Source: Candidatus Equimonas enterica
GTDB taxonomy: Bacteria > Bacteroidota > Bacteroidia > Bacteroidales > Bacteroidaceae
Assembly: GCA_018066225.1 (NCBI GenBank)
Contig: JAGHRU010000052.1
Location: forward strand, 1-51,608
DNA length: 51,608 bases
Direction: 5' to 3'
The notes under the pieces are model-generated. The model saw only the letters and a list, made by a program, of their open reading frames with translations, made no database searches and was not told the DNA's origin. Shown piece by piece: positions 1 through 8,169 of this stretch. The position numbers and the translations under genes are program-made. Within the stretch, counting starts at the first letter, position 1. Every line of letters begins with the position of its first letter.

Positions 1-128
1 CATATACGCTGGAGTGAGTTGGCAAGCAGAAAGAAAATCGCTCCTCCTTCTTCTCTTTCCAGAATAGTCAGGTGTCCCGGAGCATCCGGATTGTCCGGAA
101 TTGCCGGAGATGGCTGTCAGAGACATAT

Positions 129-240
129 TCAGGTGGCTTTAGCCTTGGGGTTCCACCTCTTCCCATCCCGGACAGAGAAGTAAAGCCCAAGCGCGCCGAT
201 GGTACTGCACCGCAATGTGGGAGAGTAGGTCGCCGCCAAC
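129..240 (+). rRNA. rrf: 5S ribosomal RNA
   Basis: Bacteroidetes-type 5S sequence (GGTGGC...GGGGTTCCACCTCTTCCCAT...AGAGAAG...GCCGATGGTACTGC...GGGAGAGTAGGTCGCCGCC); ends approximate. Confidence 0.95.
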
Positions 241-247
241 TTACAGT

Positions 248-287
248 GCGAGGCTTGTGAGCAAATGCTCATAAGCCTCGCTTTTTT
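248..287 (+). terminator. Intrinsic terminator after 5S rRNA
   Basis: GCGAGGCTTGTGAGCA / TGCTCATAAGCCTCGC inverted repeat followed by T6. Confidence 0.9.
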
Positions 288-310
288 GTTGAATGATAGA
301 TAAACAATCT

Positions 311-1006
311 TTAGCCATCTTCGCTTGTGTCGTATTTTAATAAAAGTGAATACATACTTTTATGAGCCGCCCAACCAACAAGGTCAATCAAGTCTCTTGC
401 GTTGTCTTCAAATGGGTCACATTGATCTCTATGGATATATATACCCTGCAATCCAGTGCCAAGGAAGTCACATTCAGATCCAATTCGGTCATAACAGAAA
501 CTTCCTTCTTCGGCAATCTCACATGAAGGGTTAGCTCCAAGTTTAAGGAGTCTCTCTGTTTCTTCAAAATCGAATTTATGTACAGCAACAAAGAGGTCAA
601 GATCAATTTCTCGATAACCTTTGGCTATCAAATTTTCTTTGGTCTCAAACAAAAATACATCTTCAGAGGTGTCATCTCTTTCGTTTCTGTAAAACCAAAA
701 ATCTGTGTTATAAAAATCAATAGGCTTGAAGACAACATTAAGTTTCTCTTCAAACAGTCTTTTGATTTCAAGGTTACGCTGCTTATTTTCTTCGATAATT
801 TGTCTGCAATCCTCTTTCCACGCCTCTGGATGCGCGAATATTATTTCCCAGCATTGGGTCATCCAATAAATAGGGCATGGAACTTCTTCTGAGAATTTGA
901 TGTCCTGGAGCAACGACTCATCGAAAGGCTCAGTGTTGAGTAGAGTCTTGAATGTTTCTGCATCGAAATTGAAAACAGCGTTTATATATTTCTGATTTGT
1001 AGTCAT
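311..1006 (-). CDS. Hypothetical acidic protein (231 aa) with a possible ankyrin-like motif, AT-rich
   Basis: Long ORF in AT-rich DNA; LFVAV..FDFEETERLLKLGANP resembles an ankyrin repeat; -7 box TATATTTG at 1023-1030 (minus strand). Confidence 0.75.
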   Translation of the reverse strand: MTTNQKYINAVFNFDAETFKTLLNTEPFDESLLQDIKFSEEVPCPIYWMTQCWEIIFAHPEAWKEDCRQIIEENKQRNLEIKRLFEEKLNVVFKPIDFYNTDFWFYRNERDDTSEDVFLFETKENLIAKGYREIDLDLFVAVHKFDFEETERLLKLGANPSCEIAEEGSFCYDRIGSECDFLGTGLQGIYIHRDQCDPFEDNARDLIDLVGWAAHKSMYSLLLKYDTSEDG

Positions 1007-1031
1007 AATAGTTCGTCAAATGCAAATATAT

Positions 1032-1078
1032 AAAAAAGGAATGGCAAACGGTCTCTTAAGGTTAATCCGAATGCCACA
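1032..1078 (-). ncRNA. Candidate small structured RNA 1 (promoter-hairpin-U tract)
   Basis: Minus strand reads GUGGCA-UU-CGG...CCG-UU-UGCCAU then UCC-U6; starts a few nt after TACTTTTG at 1082-1089. Confidence 0.45.
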
Positions 1079-1081
1079 CTG

Positions 1082-1112
1082 CAAAAGTAGCACTATATTC
1101 CCAACTGACAAA
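1082..1112 (-). promoter_or_regulatory. Bacteroidetes sigma-A promoter (-7 TACTTTTG, -33 TTTG)
   Basis: Plus-strand CAAAAGTA at 1082-1089 and CAAA at 1109-1112, 19-bp spacer. Confidence 0.6.
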
Positions 1113-1136
1113 GCAAAGAAGTGAAATAATGCAGAA

Positions 1137-1215
1137 ATGAACGCCAATTCACTGAAACAGCCATCATCGCTGACCTTCCAGCGCAAGGTGTTCTTCTCTC
1201 ATCGGTGGTTACCGC
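1137..1215 (+). pseudogene. Degenerate 5' fragment of Mu-like phage virion morphogenesis (gpG-like) gene
   Basis: Deleted and frameshifted paralogue of 1927-2100. Confidence 0.65.
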
Positions 1216-1292
1216 TTCTGCGAGCCTCATATCAAGTCTTGGCATACAGGTGCTACTTAATGTAGGCATCAACCTGCGCTATCATTTCCGCG

Positions 1293-1799
1293 TATCTGCC
1301 CAAGGGGTGTGGAAACTGTGACAAAAGGATGAATTTCGCCGCATACGACCCAAACCGCATCGAGTGTCAAGCGTGCTCAAATATCACACGCTATGCACTC
1401 AACCAAATAAAAAATCAGGCTGTACGCGATATGAAAGCGCAGCAATTATCACCTGTTCATGCACGAAGTACACGTTTTGTCACAGGCGAAGCATACTGGG
1501 GTAACAATGACCGCAAAAATGTTATACAACACATCGAATGACCATACATGCTGTCTGTTGCTCTTGATATCGACAACATCATGCACATAGTTGATAATGG
1601 AGAATTTGAGGCCATTGTACCTGAACACATGACACCTGCAAAAGAACGCAGGCACGTCATTAGATATTCAAAGTATATTTTCCAGCGCGATGTAAATATA
1701 AATGGTCATATTGTAACAAAAACACTTCAACTCAAATGCGAAGTGAGAGGTACGACAGAAGTGTGCAAGGAGTATCCTTATTCTATCAAAGAACTATAA
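1293..1799 (+). pseudogene. C-terminal fragment of MuF/gpF phage head morphogenesis protein with variable, possibly BECR/LPD3-like toxin extension; in-frame TGA at 1539-1541
   Basis: One frame reads YLPKGCGNCDKRMNFAAYDPNRIECQAC (CxxC...CxxC linker as I recall from Bacteroidales Mu-like MuF); ORFs 1329-1541 and 1548-1799 are in the same frame; lies directly upstream of a gpG-like start. Confidence 0.6.
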
Positions 1800-1867
1800 A
1801 AAGCAAGAAAGCCATACCACCGCTGTTAGGGTAATATCCCTGCACGCTAAATGGAACGACTTTCTCA
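1798..1867 (-). ncRNA. Candidate small structured RNA 2, convergent with the MuF-CT gene
   Basis: Minus strand GAGAAAGUCGU pairs with AUGGCUUUCUU (11 bp including G-U), inner CCAUU/GGUGG and AGGG-AUAUUA-CCCU, then GC-U5 overlapping the MuF-CT stop; TACTTTTG at 1872-1879. Confidence 0.5.
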
Positions 1868-1870
1868 CCC

Positions 1871-2192
1871 GCAAAAGTAGCACTATATTCTCAACCGAAC
1901 AAGTAAAATAACGAAAAAATGAAGAAATGAACGCAAATTCACTGAAAAAGGCCATCATCGCCGACCTGCGCGTGGAGTTGGCCGATGAATTTGACCGCAA
2001 CTTCCAGTGCAAGGCGTTCTTCTCTGAGCGGTGGCTGCCGCGGCGTGGCAAGAAGGCGCGGGGCTCGCTGCTTGTCGTCTCTGGTGCGCTGCGCCGCAGC
2101 GAGCAAATTTATGAGGCAGCAATATCAAGTCAGGCATACAGGTGCTGCTTGATGTAGGCATTGACCTGCGCTATCATTTCCGCGTATTTGCC
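1871..2192 (+). repeat. Imperfect direct repeat copy 2 (promoter, gpG-like start, 3' end of UDG-like gene)
   Basis: Aligns with 1081-1300. Confidence 0.9.
1927..2100 (+). pseudogene. Truncated Mu-like phage virion morphogenesis protein (gpG-like), first ~58 codons
   Basis: MNANSLKKAIIADLRVELADEFDRNFQCKAFFSERWLPRR...GSLLVVSGALRRS fits the F..NF...F...W.PR...L..SG.LRRS pattern of this family, then breaks off. Confidence 0.75.
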
Positions 2193-2849
2193 ATTTCTTT
2201 GCAGATAGCCCGGGTGGTTGAGGCGAAGGGCTGGGGGAAATGCGGAAGTGTCGAAGGTGAGGCGGTCGAAACAGAGCGGGGAGTTTGCAAGTCGTTCTTT
2301 CTGAAAATTGCCCATTACAGTCCGAATACGCCAATCATAGTTGGGGCCTGTGAGAAAAATAATCAAGTCGGGCTGCAAGATGCGTAGTTCGGCAAGAAAA
2401 ACGGGGAAATGCTGATGGGAGAGCGCGTCTATCGTGTCGTCGCAACCTGCCTCATACGCTTTGCCTACCTTGACGATGTTTTGGAAGACGAAGCCTGCGG
2501 TGGGGTTGCTGCTCATGATGCGCCCATTGAAGTTCCAATAGGGCGAATTGTAGCCGGGCTTCAAGATGGTGCCGTCTTTCTTCCTATGGTTTACGAAGCC
2601 ATCGTAGATGCCTTGTATTATTTCTACCGTTGCCACTTCGGGCGCAAGAATAGTGCCATCTATGCCGCCCCAACCTTGCGTTTCCTGACCGCAAATCATA
2701 ATTTTCCGTGGAGCATGGATGTAGTGCTGTGTCGCCTTTATCAAGAAAGGAAAAGCAGCGGCATGGGGTGTGTCAAGGAGGGGGAGGTATTCGTTGGTGA
2801 TAAATCCTTGCCAGTATCGTGCGTAGAGTGCGGTGAGTTGCTGATTCAT
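2130..2849 (-). CDS. Uracil-DNA glycosylase-like superfamily protein
   Basis: IMICGQET motif A-like, SPYW, EL.IL.PD.IIF.TG, and C-terminal HP motif B-like; start moved to ATG at 2849. Confidence 0.65.
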   Translation of the reverse strand: MNQQLTALYARYWQGFITNEYLPLLDTPHAAAFPFLIKATQHYIHAPRKIMICGQETQGWGGIDGTILAPEVATVEIIQGIYDGFVNHRKKDGTILKPGYNSPYWNFNGRIMSSNPTAGFVFQNIVKVGKAYEAGCDDTIDALSHQHFPVFLAELRILQPDLIIFLTGPNYDWRIRTVMGNFQKERLANSPLCFDRLTFDTSAFPPALRLNHPGYLQRNGKYAEMIAQVNAYIKQHLYA

Positions 2850-2879
2850 CGGAGCAGGTGGGAGGGAATGCAAGGTGTG

Positions 2880-3365
2880 CTAACGTGCTTTCACTGCCTT
2901 GTAGATGCGATCCATCTCGCGGCGGTCTTGCTTCTCTTTGAGCGTCTGGCGCTTGTCGTACTCCTTCTTGCCGCGGCAGAGCCCAATCTTGAGTTTAGCG
3001 CGGCCGTTCTCGTCAATAAACAGATGGAGGGGAACGATGGTGAAGCCCGGGTTGAGGGTGTCGCGTCCCAGCGCGCGTATCTCGGCACGGTTGAGCAGTA
3101 GTTTGCGGTCGCGGCGCACGGCGTGATTGTTGTAGGTGCCGTAGAAATACTCGGCGATATACATGTTTTTGACCCACACCTCGCCTTCGCGGATGTAGCA
3201 GAAGGTATCGACGAGGCTGGCTTTGCCCGTGCGGATGCTCTTGATTTCCGTGCCCGTGAGCACGATGCCTGCGGTGTAGGTGTCGATGATGAGGTAGTCG
3301 TGCTCGGCGCGTCGGTTCTTGATGTTGATACGCGATGCGGTGAGGGCTGTGTTCTTCTTGGCCAT
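2880..3365 (-). CDS. smpB: SsrA-binding protein SmpB
   Basis: [39 protein letters not shown] motifs. Confidence 0.97.
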   Translation of the reverse strand: MAKKNTALTASRINIKNRRAEHDYLIIDTYTAGIVLTGTEIKSIRTGKASLVDTFCYIREGEVWVKNMYIAEYFYGTYNNHAVRRDRKLLLNRAEIRALGRDTLNPGFTIVPLHLFIDENGRAKLKIGLCRGKKEYDKRQTLKEKQDRREMDRIYKAVKAR

Positions 3366-3387
3366 AAAGTGGAATGGATAGGGGTGA

Positions 3388-3891
3388 TTAGGCCGTGACG
3401 GTGACGAAGTCGGCGAGGTGCTCGTCCAGATAGCAGGCGATGCGTGCCGTGTAGTTCTCTTCTTCCTCCACAAACTGGTCGTCGAGGTCGTCAAACTCTG
3501 GGTATTGCTCAAAGAGTGCCATAAACTCCTCGTCGCTGCAAGGCTGCTCTATGGCTGCGCCGTGCCGCTCATAGAGGGCGCGTGCGTCGTAGATGAGTTT
3601 GGAGAGATCTTTCAGTCCCCATAGGCGCATGGCCTTGGCAAAGGGATTGAGAAAGAAAAAGGGGCCGTAGCCGTTGTGGATGAGTTGCACGAAGCCGCCG
3701 TCCATGAGTTCGTCGCGCATGATGAAGTAAGCCCAGAGGGTGATTTGCTCTGCGCTGAGTCGTTGCATGGCTTCGGCGTTGAGCTCGCCACCTGCTGCGG
3801 CAGCAATGGCTTCGACAACCGTGACAGCGAAAGCGTCCATGCTCTCGCTGGCGGCGGCTTGCAAGGTGTGGTCGGAGAGGGTGATGTCCAT
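3388..3891 (-). CDS. DMP19/DUF4375 family protein
   Basis: [16 protein letters not shown] motif and highly acidic C-terminus. Confidence 0.8.
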   Translation of the reverse strand: MDITLSDHTLQAAASESMDAFAVTVVEAIAAAAGGELNAEAMQRLSAEQITLWAYFIMRDELMDGGFVQLIHNGYGPFFFLNPFAKAMRLWGLKDLSKLIYDARALYERHGAAIEQPCSDEEFMALFEQYPEFDDLDDQFVEEEENYTARIACYLDEHLADFVTVTA

Positions 3892-3915
3892 AGCGAAAGA
3901 AATGTGGGTATGGGG

Positions 3916-5271
3916 TTAGCCGTGGCGTAGTGGCTCGATGAGGGTCTTCTGCCCCTTTATCTTCTCACCTGCTACGCGCAGGAGGAGGGCGCGGCAAGCA
4001 TCGTGGCGTACGGCGACGCAGGCGTGGTGTTCCCATAGGTCAATGCGTCCGATGTCATCGCCCCGCAGGCCACCTGTCTTGCAGAGGAAGCCGACGATGT
4101 CGCCGCGTGAAATCTTGTCGCGCTTGCCGCGTCCGATGTAGATGACCGCCATGGCAGGGCGGCTCGGACGGACGGGAGTCTGTGCGGGGTCGATGGTGTC
4201 GTGGGTCAAATCCTCTGGCCAGTCTTCTTCTGGGCCTACGATGTAATAGACATCGCCTGTTTGGTCCCAGCGTGCGGTGCGTCCGCTGCGGTGGATGCGT
4301 GCGGCCTCATCAAGCGGGAGATGGTAGTGGATGACGGCACCTACGGCGGGGATGTCGAGCCCACGCGAGGCGAGGTCGGTGCTGACGAGCACGCTGCGTG
4401 CGCCAGCGCGAAAGAGGTAGAGGGCGCGTTCACGCTGCTCCTGCGCCATGCCGCCGTGATAGACGGAGGCGGCAAACTTGTGGGTTTGCAGGTAAGCACC
4501 TACGCGCTCTGCGGCAGTGCGATGGCTGACGAAGACGATGCTCTGGACGTTGTGCTGTGCGTGCGCATCGATGTGGGAGAGCAGGTGCGTGAGCGTCGAT
4601 AGTTTGTCCTTCTCGGGTGAGGGCACGCGGTGGGCGCGTACCTGTTGCTCTGCTGGTGTGTTGGCCGTAAGGAAATCGAGGGTCGTGAGCGGCGCATCGG
4701 CGCGTCGCACAGCGCGGAACCCCTGCAACCACGCCGTCGCGTCCTGGGCGTTGGTGGCAGAGGTCAGCATGACCTGCGGCACGGCGGCATAGGCCGTGGC
4801 GATGCGTGCCATCTCGTCGCGAAACCCCAGTTCGAGGCATTTGTCATATTCGTCCACGACGAGCAGACGGCAGGTCTCGGCGCGTAGGTTGCCCTTGTCG
4901 AGATGGTCGAGCAGTCGTCCGGGAGTGGCAAAGACAGCATGGGGACACACCTCACGCAGCCGGCGGTGTTCCTCCATCGTGGGACGGCCACCGTAGAGGC
5001 ACTGACTGCGTAGCGGTGTCTTGCAGCGACGCAAGACTTCTTCGCTCTGCACAGCAAGTTCGCGTGAGGGCTGCACCACCACCAGTTCTGCCATCTGCGT
5101 GCCTGTCATGCGGCTGATGGCGGGTAGTAGGTAGGCCAAGGTCTTGCCGCTGCCTGTTGGAGAGAGCAGCGCGAGGCTTGTGCCTGCGCTTGCTGTGGCG
5201 TAGGCCGCACGTTGCATGGCGTTGAGTGCCGTGATGCCGAGGGCATCGAGGAGAGGTTGAATAGGGGTCAT
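3916..5271 (-). CDS. DEAD/DEAH-box RNA helicase with DbpA-type RNA-binding domain
   Basis: SPTGSGKT, DEYD, SAT, HRSGRTAR; C-terminal GRGKRDKISRGDIVG; alternative start at 5283. Confidence 0.92.
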   Translation of the reverse strand: MTPIQPLLDALGITALNAMQRAAYATASAGTSLALLSPTGSGKTLAYLLPAISRMTGTQMAELVVVQPSRELAVQSEEVLRRCKTPLRSQCLYGGRPTMEEHRRLREVCPHAVFATPGRLLDHLDKGNLRAETCRLLVVDEYDKCLELGFRDEMARIATAYAAVPQVMLTSATNAQDATAWLQGFRAVRRADAPLTTLDFLTANTPAEQQVRAHRVPSPEKDKLSTLTHLLSHIDAHAQHNVQSIVFVSHRTAAERVGAYLQTHKFAASVYHGGMAQEQRERALYLFRAGARSVLVSTDLASRGLDIPAVGAVIHYHLPLDEAARIHRSGRTARWDQTGDVYYIVGPEEDWPEDLTHDTIDPAQTPVRPSRPAMAVIYIGRGKRDKISRGDIVGFLCKTGGLRGDDIGRIDLWEHHACVAVRHDACRALLLRVAGEKIKGQKTLIEPLRHG

Positions 5272-6374
5272 AGCGATTGCCATAGGTCGAGGTATTGCTG
5301 GGCGATGGCGAGGTGGTCGTGATAGCGGCGCACGTAGGCAATGCTATCGGCAGAGAGGTGCGGCAGTGTGTCGCGGTGCTCCACGAGGTGGCATAGCCGC
5401 TGATAGACATCGTCTTCGCTCGGCAGGACATTGATGATGGGGCGCAGGTCGTGACAGCCCAGTATGTCGTAGTTTTCGGGCTCACCGCCACCTACGACGA
5501 CGAGGCCTTGCGCCATGGCTTGCAGGGCATTCATGGCGGGGGTGTAACTGTACAGTTGGTCGAGCAGGACATCGCTGCTGCACAGCAACTGCTTGTATTG
5601 GGCAAAGGGGACGTTCTCCACCCTGACCACTTCGCACGCTTCGGGGTAGCGGCACTTGACACGCTCCAGGGCGCGCAGCATGATGTCTGTGCCCTTGTAC
5701 TCGGAGCGGCTGCGCTGTATGCCGATGAAGAAGCGCACGCAGCGTTGCTGCTCTGCCGCGCTACGGTGGATGTGCTCTGCCGTGCCGAGGTCGATGGGGA
5801 AGGGGATGAAGTGCAACTTCTCGGGGAAGACGCGGCGGTAGGCCACGTCGTACTCGTAGAGCCCTGCCACGATGGCATCGACATCGGCGGCGATGCGCTG
5901 GGTCAAGATGCCCTTGGGACCGTTGTACCACTCGGCGATTTCGCTGTCGTTTTGCGCACACTGGCGGTACGCATGGCCGATGTTGAAGTCGCTGTATCGG
6001 AAAGTCGTGAAGTCAAGACAGGCCTTCACCCAATAGTAGTCCATGCCGAAAGCCCCCATCACTACGCGGCCGTTGTGGCGGCGCAGGTAGCGGTAGAAGG
6101 GCATGATGCGCTCGGGACGAAGGGTGAGGAAAAGCGGGTTGATGAGTTGCACCACATCGTAGCCACGCATCTTTGCCATCGCTTTGACGAGTTTGCCAAG
6201 ATAGCGTGCGCTGTGTCGCGCTCCCAGTCCCTCACGCCGTAGGTCGATGTCGCGGGCATAGCCTTTCCAGCCGTCGCCATCGCTGGCCACGGTGACCTTA
6301 TGTCCCAGCGTGCGAAGCCCTTTGGCAAGGGTGGCGTGGACATTGCTGTAATCGCCGAGTAGGAGGATGCGCAT
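5268..6374 (-). CDS. Glycosyltransferase (GT-B fold)
   Basis: MRILLLGDYSNVH, KGTD, DQLYSYTPAMNALQAMAQG. Confidence 0.85.
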   Translation of the reverse strand: MRILLLGDYSNVHATLAKGLRTLGHKVTVASDGDGWKGYARDIDLRREGLGARHSARYLGKLVKAMAKMRGYDVVQLINPLFLTLRPERIMPFYRYLRRHNGRVVMGAFGMDYYWVKACLDFTTFRYSDFNIGHAYRQCAQNDSEIAEWYNGPKGILTQRIAADVDAIVAGLYEYDVAYRRVFPEKLHFIPFPIDLGTAEHIHRSAAEQQRCVRFFIGIQRSRSEYKGTDIMLRALERVKCRYPEACEVVRVENVPFAQYKQLLCSSDVLLDQLYSYTPAMNALQAMAQGLVVVGGGEPENYDILGCHDLRPIINVLPSEDDVYQRLCHLVEHRDTLPHLSADSIAYVRRYHDHLAIAQQYLDLWQSL

Positions 6375-6398
6375 GTGACTTTTGTAACGAATGGGTGA

Positions 6399-6486
6399 GG
6401 GCAGATACGATCTGCCCGGATAGTTTTAACGGTCTGCCCAAGTCGTTCTCACGGTCTGCGCAGATTGTTTTAACGCTCTGCCCGGA
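6399..6486. repeat. 22-bp-period TCTGSSCAGA repeat cluster
   Basis: TCTGC cores at 6411, 6433, 6455, 6477; GGGCAGAT/ATCTGCCC hairpin at 6399-6417. Confidence 0.85.
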
Positions 6487-6518
6487 GTCGCTTTGCGGGG
6501 CATTGGGCAGGGGCGGGA

Positions 6519-7232
6519 TTATTCGCCGTCGGACTGCTTCGACCGTGACATGAAGAACTTAACGATTTGGGCTATACCGATGAGGACGGCGATGATAAGC
6601 AAGATACGGCAACTATCCAGGATGCTGTCCCATTGGCTGCTCATCCATGCCGACATCGGCAGCATCTGACCAGCCTCTACGCAGCAACTGCCCCAGGCGA
6701 GCGTGCCGCTACCCATCAGCGTGCCGACTGCTGCCAGCAGGGAAAGCCCACTTTTGCGCATACCCTGCTCAAATTCCTTTCGCTGCCACCAAAAAACGAC
6801 CATTAGAACAAGGCAGAAGAGGGAGCAGCCTATCAATATATAGGCCAAGCAAGATAGTGCCCTGCTTGTCAGAAGCCTCCATGTGATGGCTTGGTCTATC
6901 AAGGCATAGTCTGAGCCACACCTGAAGAAGGCGTAAATCACAGGAATGAGGATAAGCCAAAGCGCGAATTTCAGCCAGAAATACTTGCTGTCTTTCGTCG
7001 CCTCCTCCTCCTGCTCAGAGGAGGCCTGAATGTGCAGGCACTTGCGGCGTAACCACCAGCCAGTGGCCGCGCCAAGGAGAAATGCGGAGACGAAGAACGG
7101 TAAGCCCGCTTGCAGGTTGAGACAGAAATTGCCAATGCCGATGTAGCATTGCGTTGCGAGCAATGTGAACATCAGCCAAGTGCCAAAGGCACAGAAGTAG
7201 TGCCACAGGCGTGACCAAAAGGATTTTTTCAT
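6519..7232 (-). CDS. Hypothetical integral membrane protein (about 6 TM)
   Basis: Multiple hydrophobic segments; start taken at MKKSFW. Confidence 0.75.
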   Translation of the reverse strand: MKKSFWSRLWHYFCAFGTWLMFTLLATQCYIGIGNFCLNLQAGLPFFVSAFLLGAATGWWLRRKCLHIQASSEQEEEATKDSKYFWLKFALWLILIPVIYAFFRCGSDYALIDQAITWRLLTSRALSCLAYILIGCSLFCLVLMVVFWWQRKEFEQGMRKSGLSLLAAVGTLMGSGTLAWGSCCVEAGQMLPMSAWMSSQWDSILDSCRILLIIAVLIGIAQIVKFFMSRSKQSDGE

Positions 7233-7307
7233 AGGGTGAAGTTTTGTCGTTTTTGTGTGGATGACCATGTCTGCCGCTGTCGAAGCCTTCACGTCGGCGT
7301 CGATGGG

Positions 7308-7808
7308 CTATGCGTCATGCGCCTTGGCGGCAACGGCAGCAGGGTGGTCGGTCAGATAGTTGGCAAAGAGCGTGGCAGCAAGGCGCACCATATATTCGCA
7401 GGGACGGCCGCGATAGTAGGCTTCGGTGCGCGGTGCGGCTTGCGGGTCGTCGTGCTTGGCGTCGGCGCGCAGCGCGAGGAGTTCGGCGCAGGTCAGGCTA
7501 CCAGCCGCAGCGCGAAACTGCTCGGCCATCTGCTGCACGAGCGCATAGTTGTGCGATTTGCCCTCACGATTGGCACCGTCGGTAGCACCCGTTGCAAGCC
7601 CGACGAGCATAAACAGACCGCAGGCCGCACCGCAGGTGAGCCGCATGCGCCCTATGCCGCCACCAAATGAGGACGCGGCGCGCAAGGCAAGGTCGCGCTC
7701 CATGCCGTAGAGGTCGGCAAAAGCGGCGACAACGCTCTGGGCGCAGTTGTAGCCTTCGTGGAAGAGGTGCACGGCCTCCTCTATACGTGGATTAAGATCT
7801 TTGTTCAT
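7308..7808 (-). CDS. C-GCAxxG-C-C family putative redox protein
   Basis: GYNCAQSV, FGGGIG..TCGAACG, further Cys residues. Confidence 0.9.
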   Translation of the reverse strand: MNKDLNPRIEEAVHLFHEGYNCAQSVVAAFADLYGMERDLALRAASSFGGGIGRMRLTCGAACGLFMLVGLATGATDGANREGKSHNYALVQQMAEQFRAAAGSLTCAELLALRADAKHDDPQAAPRTEAYYRGRPCEYMVRLAATLFANYLTDHPAAVAAKAHDA

Positions 7809-8049
7809 CTTGCTGCTTGAGCAGGCGGACAGCCTGCGCTAACTGGTCGGGACACGATGTGGGTTTACCACCGCAGCGGATGCCTTCGAGCCGAGCGATG
7901 ACCTCGTCGTAGGGCATGCCGATGACGAGCCGAGCAATGCCTTGCAGGTTGCCATGGCAACCGCCATAAAATTGCAGGGCGGTGATGCGGCCGTCACGAC
8001 CCTCGATGTCAATCTGCTGCGAGCAAGTGCCTTGTGTCTGATAGATCAT
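7792..8049 (-). CDS. TIGR03905 family TSCPD-domain protein
   Basis: GTCS, GGCHGNLQGI, GIRCG.KPTSCPDQLA. Confidence 0.92.
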   Translation of the reverse strand: MIYQTQGTCSQQIDIEGRDGRITALQFYGGCHGNLQGIARLVIGMPYDEVIARLEGIRCGGKPTSCPDQLAQAVRLLKQQDEQRS

Positions 8050-8076
8050 GGTGAGAATACTTGGTGGTGAGCGGGT

Positions 8077-8140
8077 GAAAACAAGAAACTATGGCGACTA
8101 TAGCCGTAGGCGTCGCTGTGAGGCTATAGATGCCATAGTT
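8077..8140 (-). terminator. Probable intrinsic terminator after yebC-like gene
   Basis: AACTATGGC/GCCATAGTT and CTATAGCC/GGCTATAG stems with T-rich tail on minus strand. Confidence 0.6.
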
Positions 8141-8169
8141 CCTATGTCTGCGTGTGCGCTGTGCACCGA

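Larger units (their letters stand above)
1081..1300 (+). repeat. Imperfect direct repeat copy 1 of 1871-2192 (internally deleted)
   Basis: Shares GCAAAAGTAGCACTATATTC, the ATGAACGC.AATTCACTGAAA gene start, and 1241-1300 vs 2133-2192 at 55/60 identity. Confidence 0.9.

Noticed and set aside
72-260. 62-aa ORF
   Set aside because: Overlaps the 5S rRNA
1539-1541. TGA as selenocysteine or recoded codon
   Set aside because: The gene also lacks its 5' end, no SECIS-like hairpin is evident, and neighbouring genes use TGA as stop
1021-2192. Intact prophage or integrative element
   Set aside because: No transposase, integrase, terminase or capsid gene; only fragments
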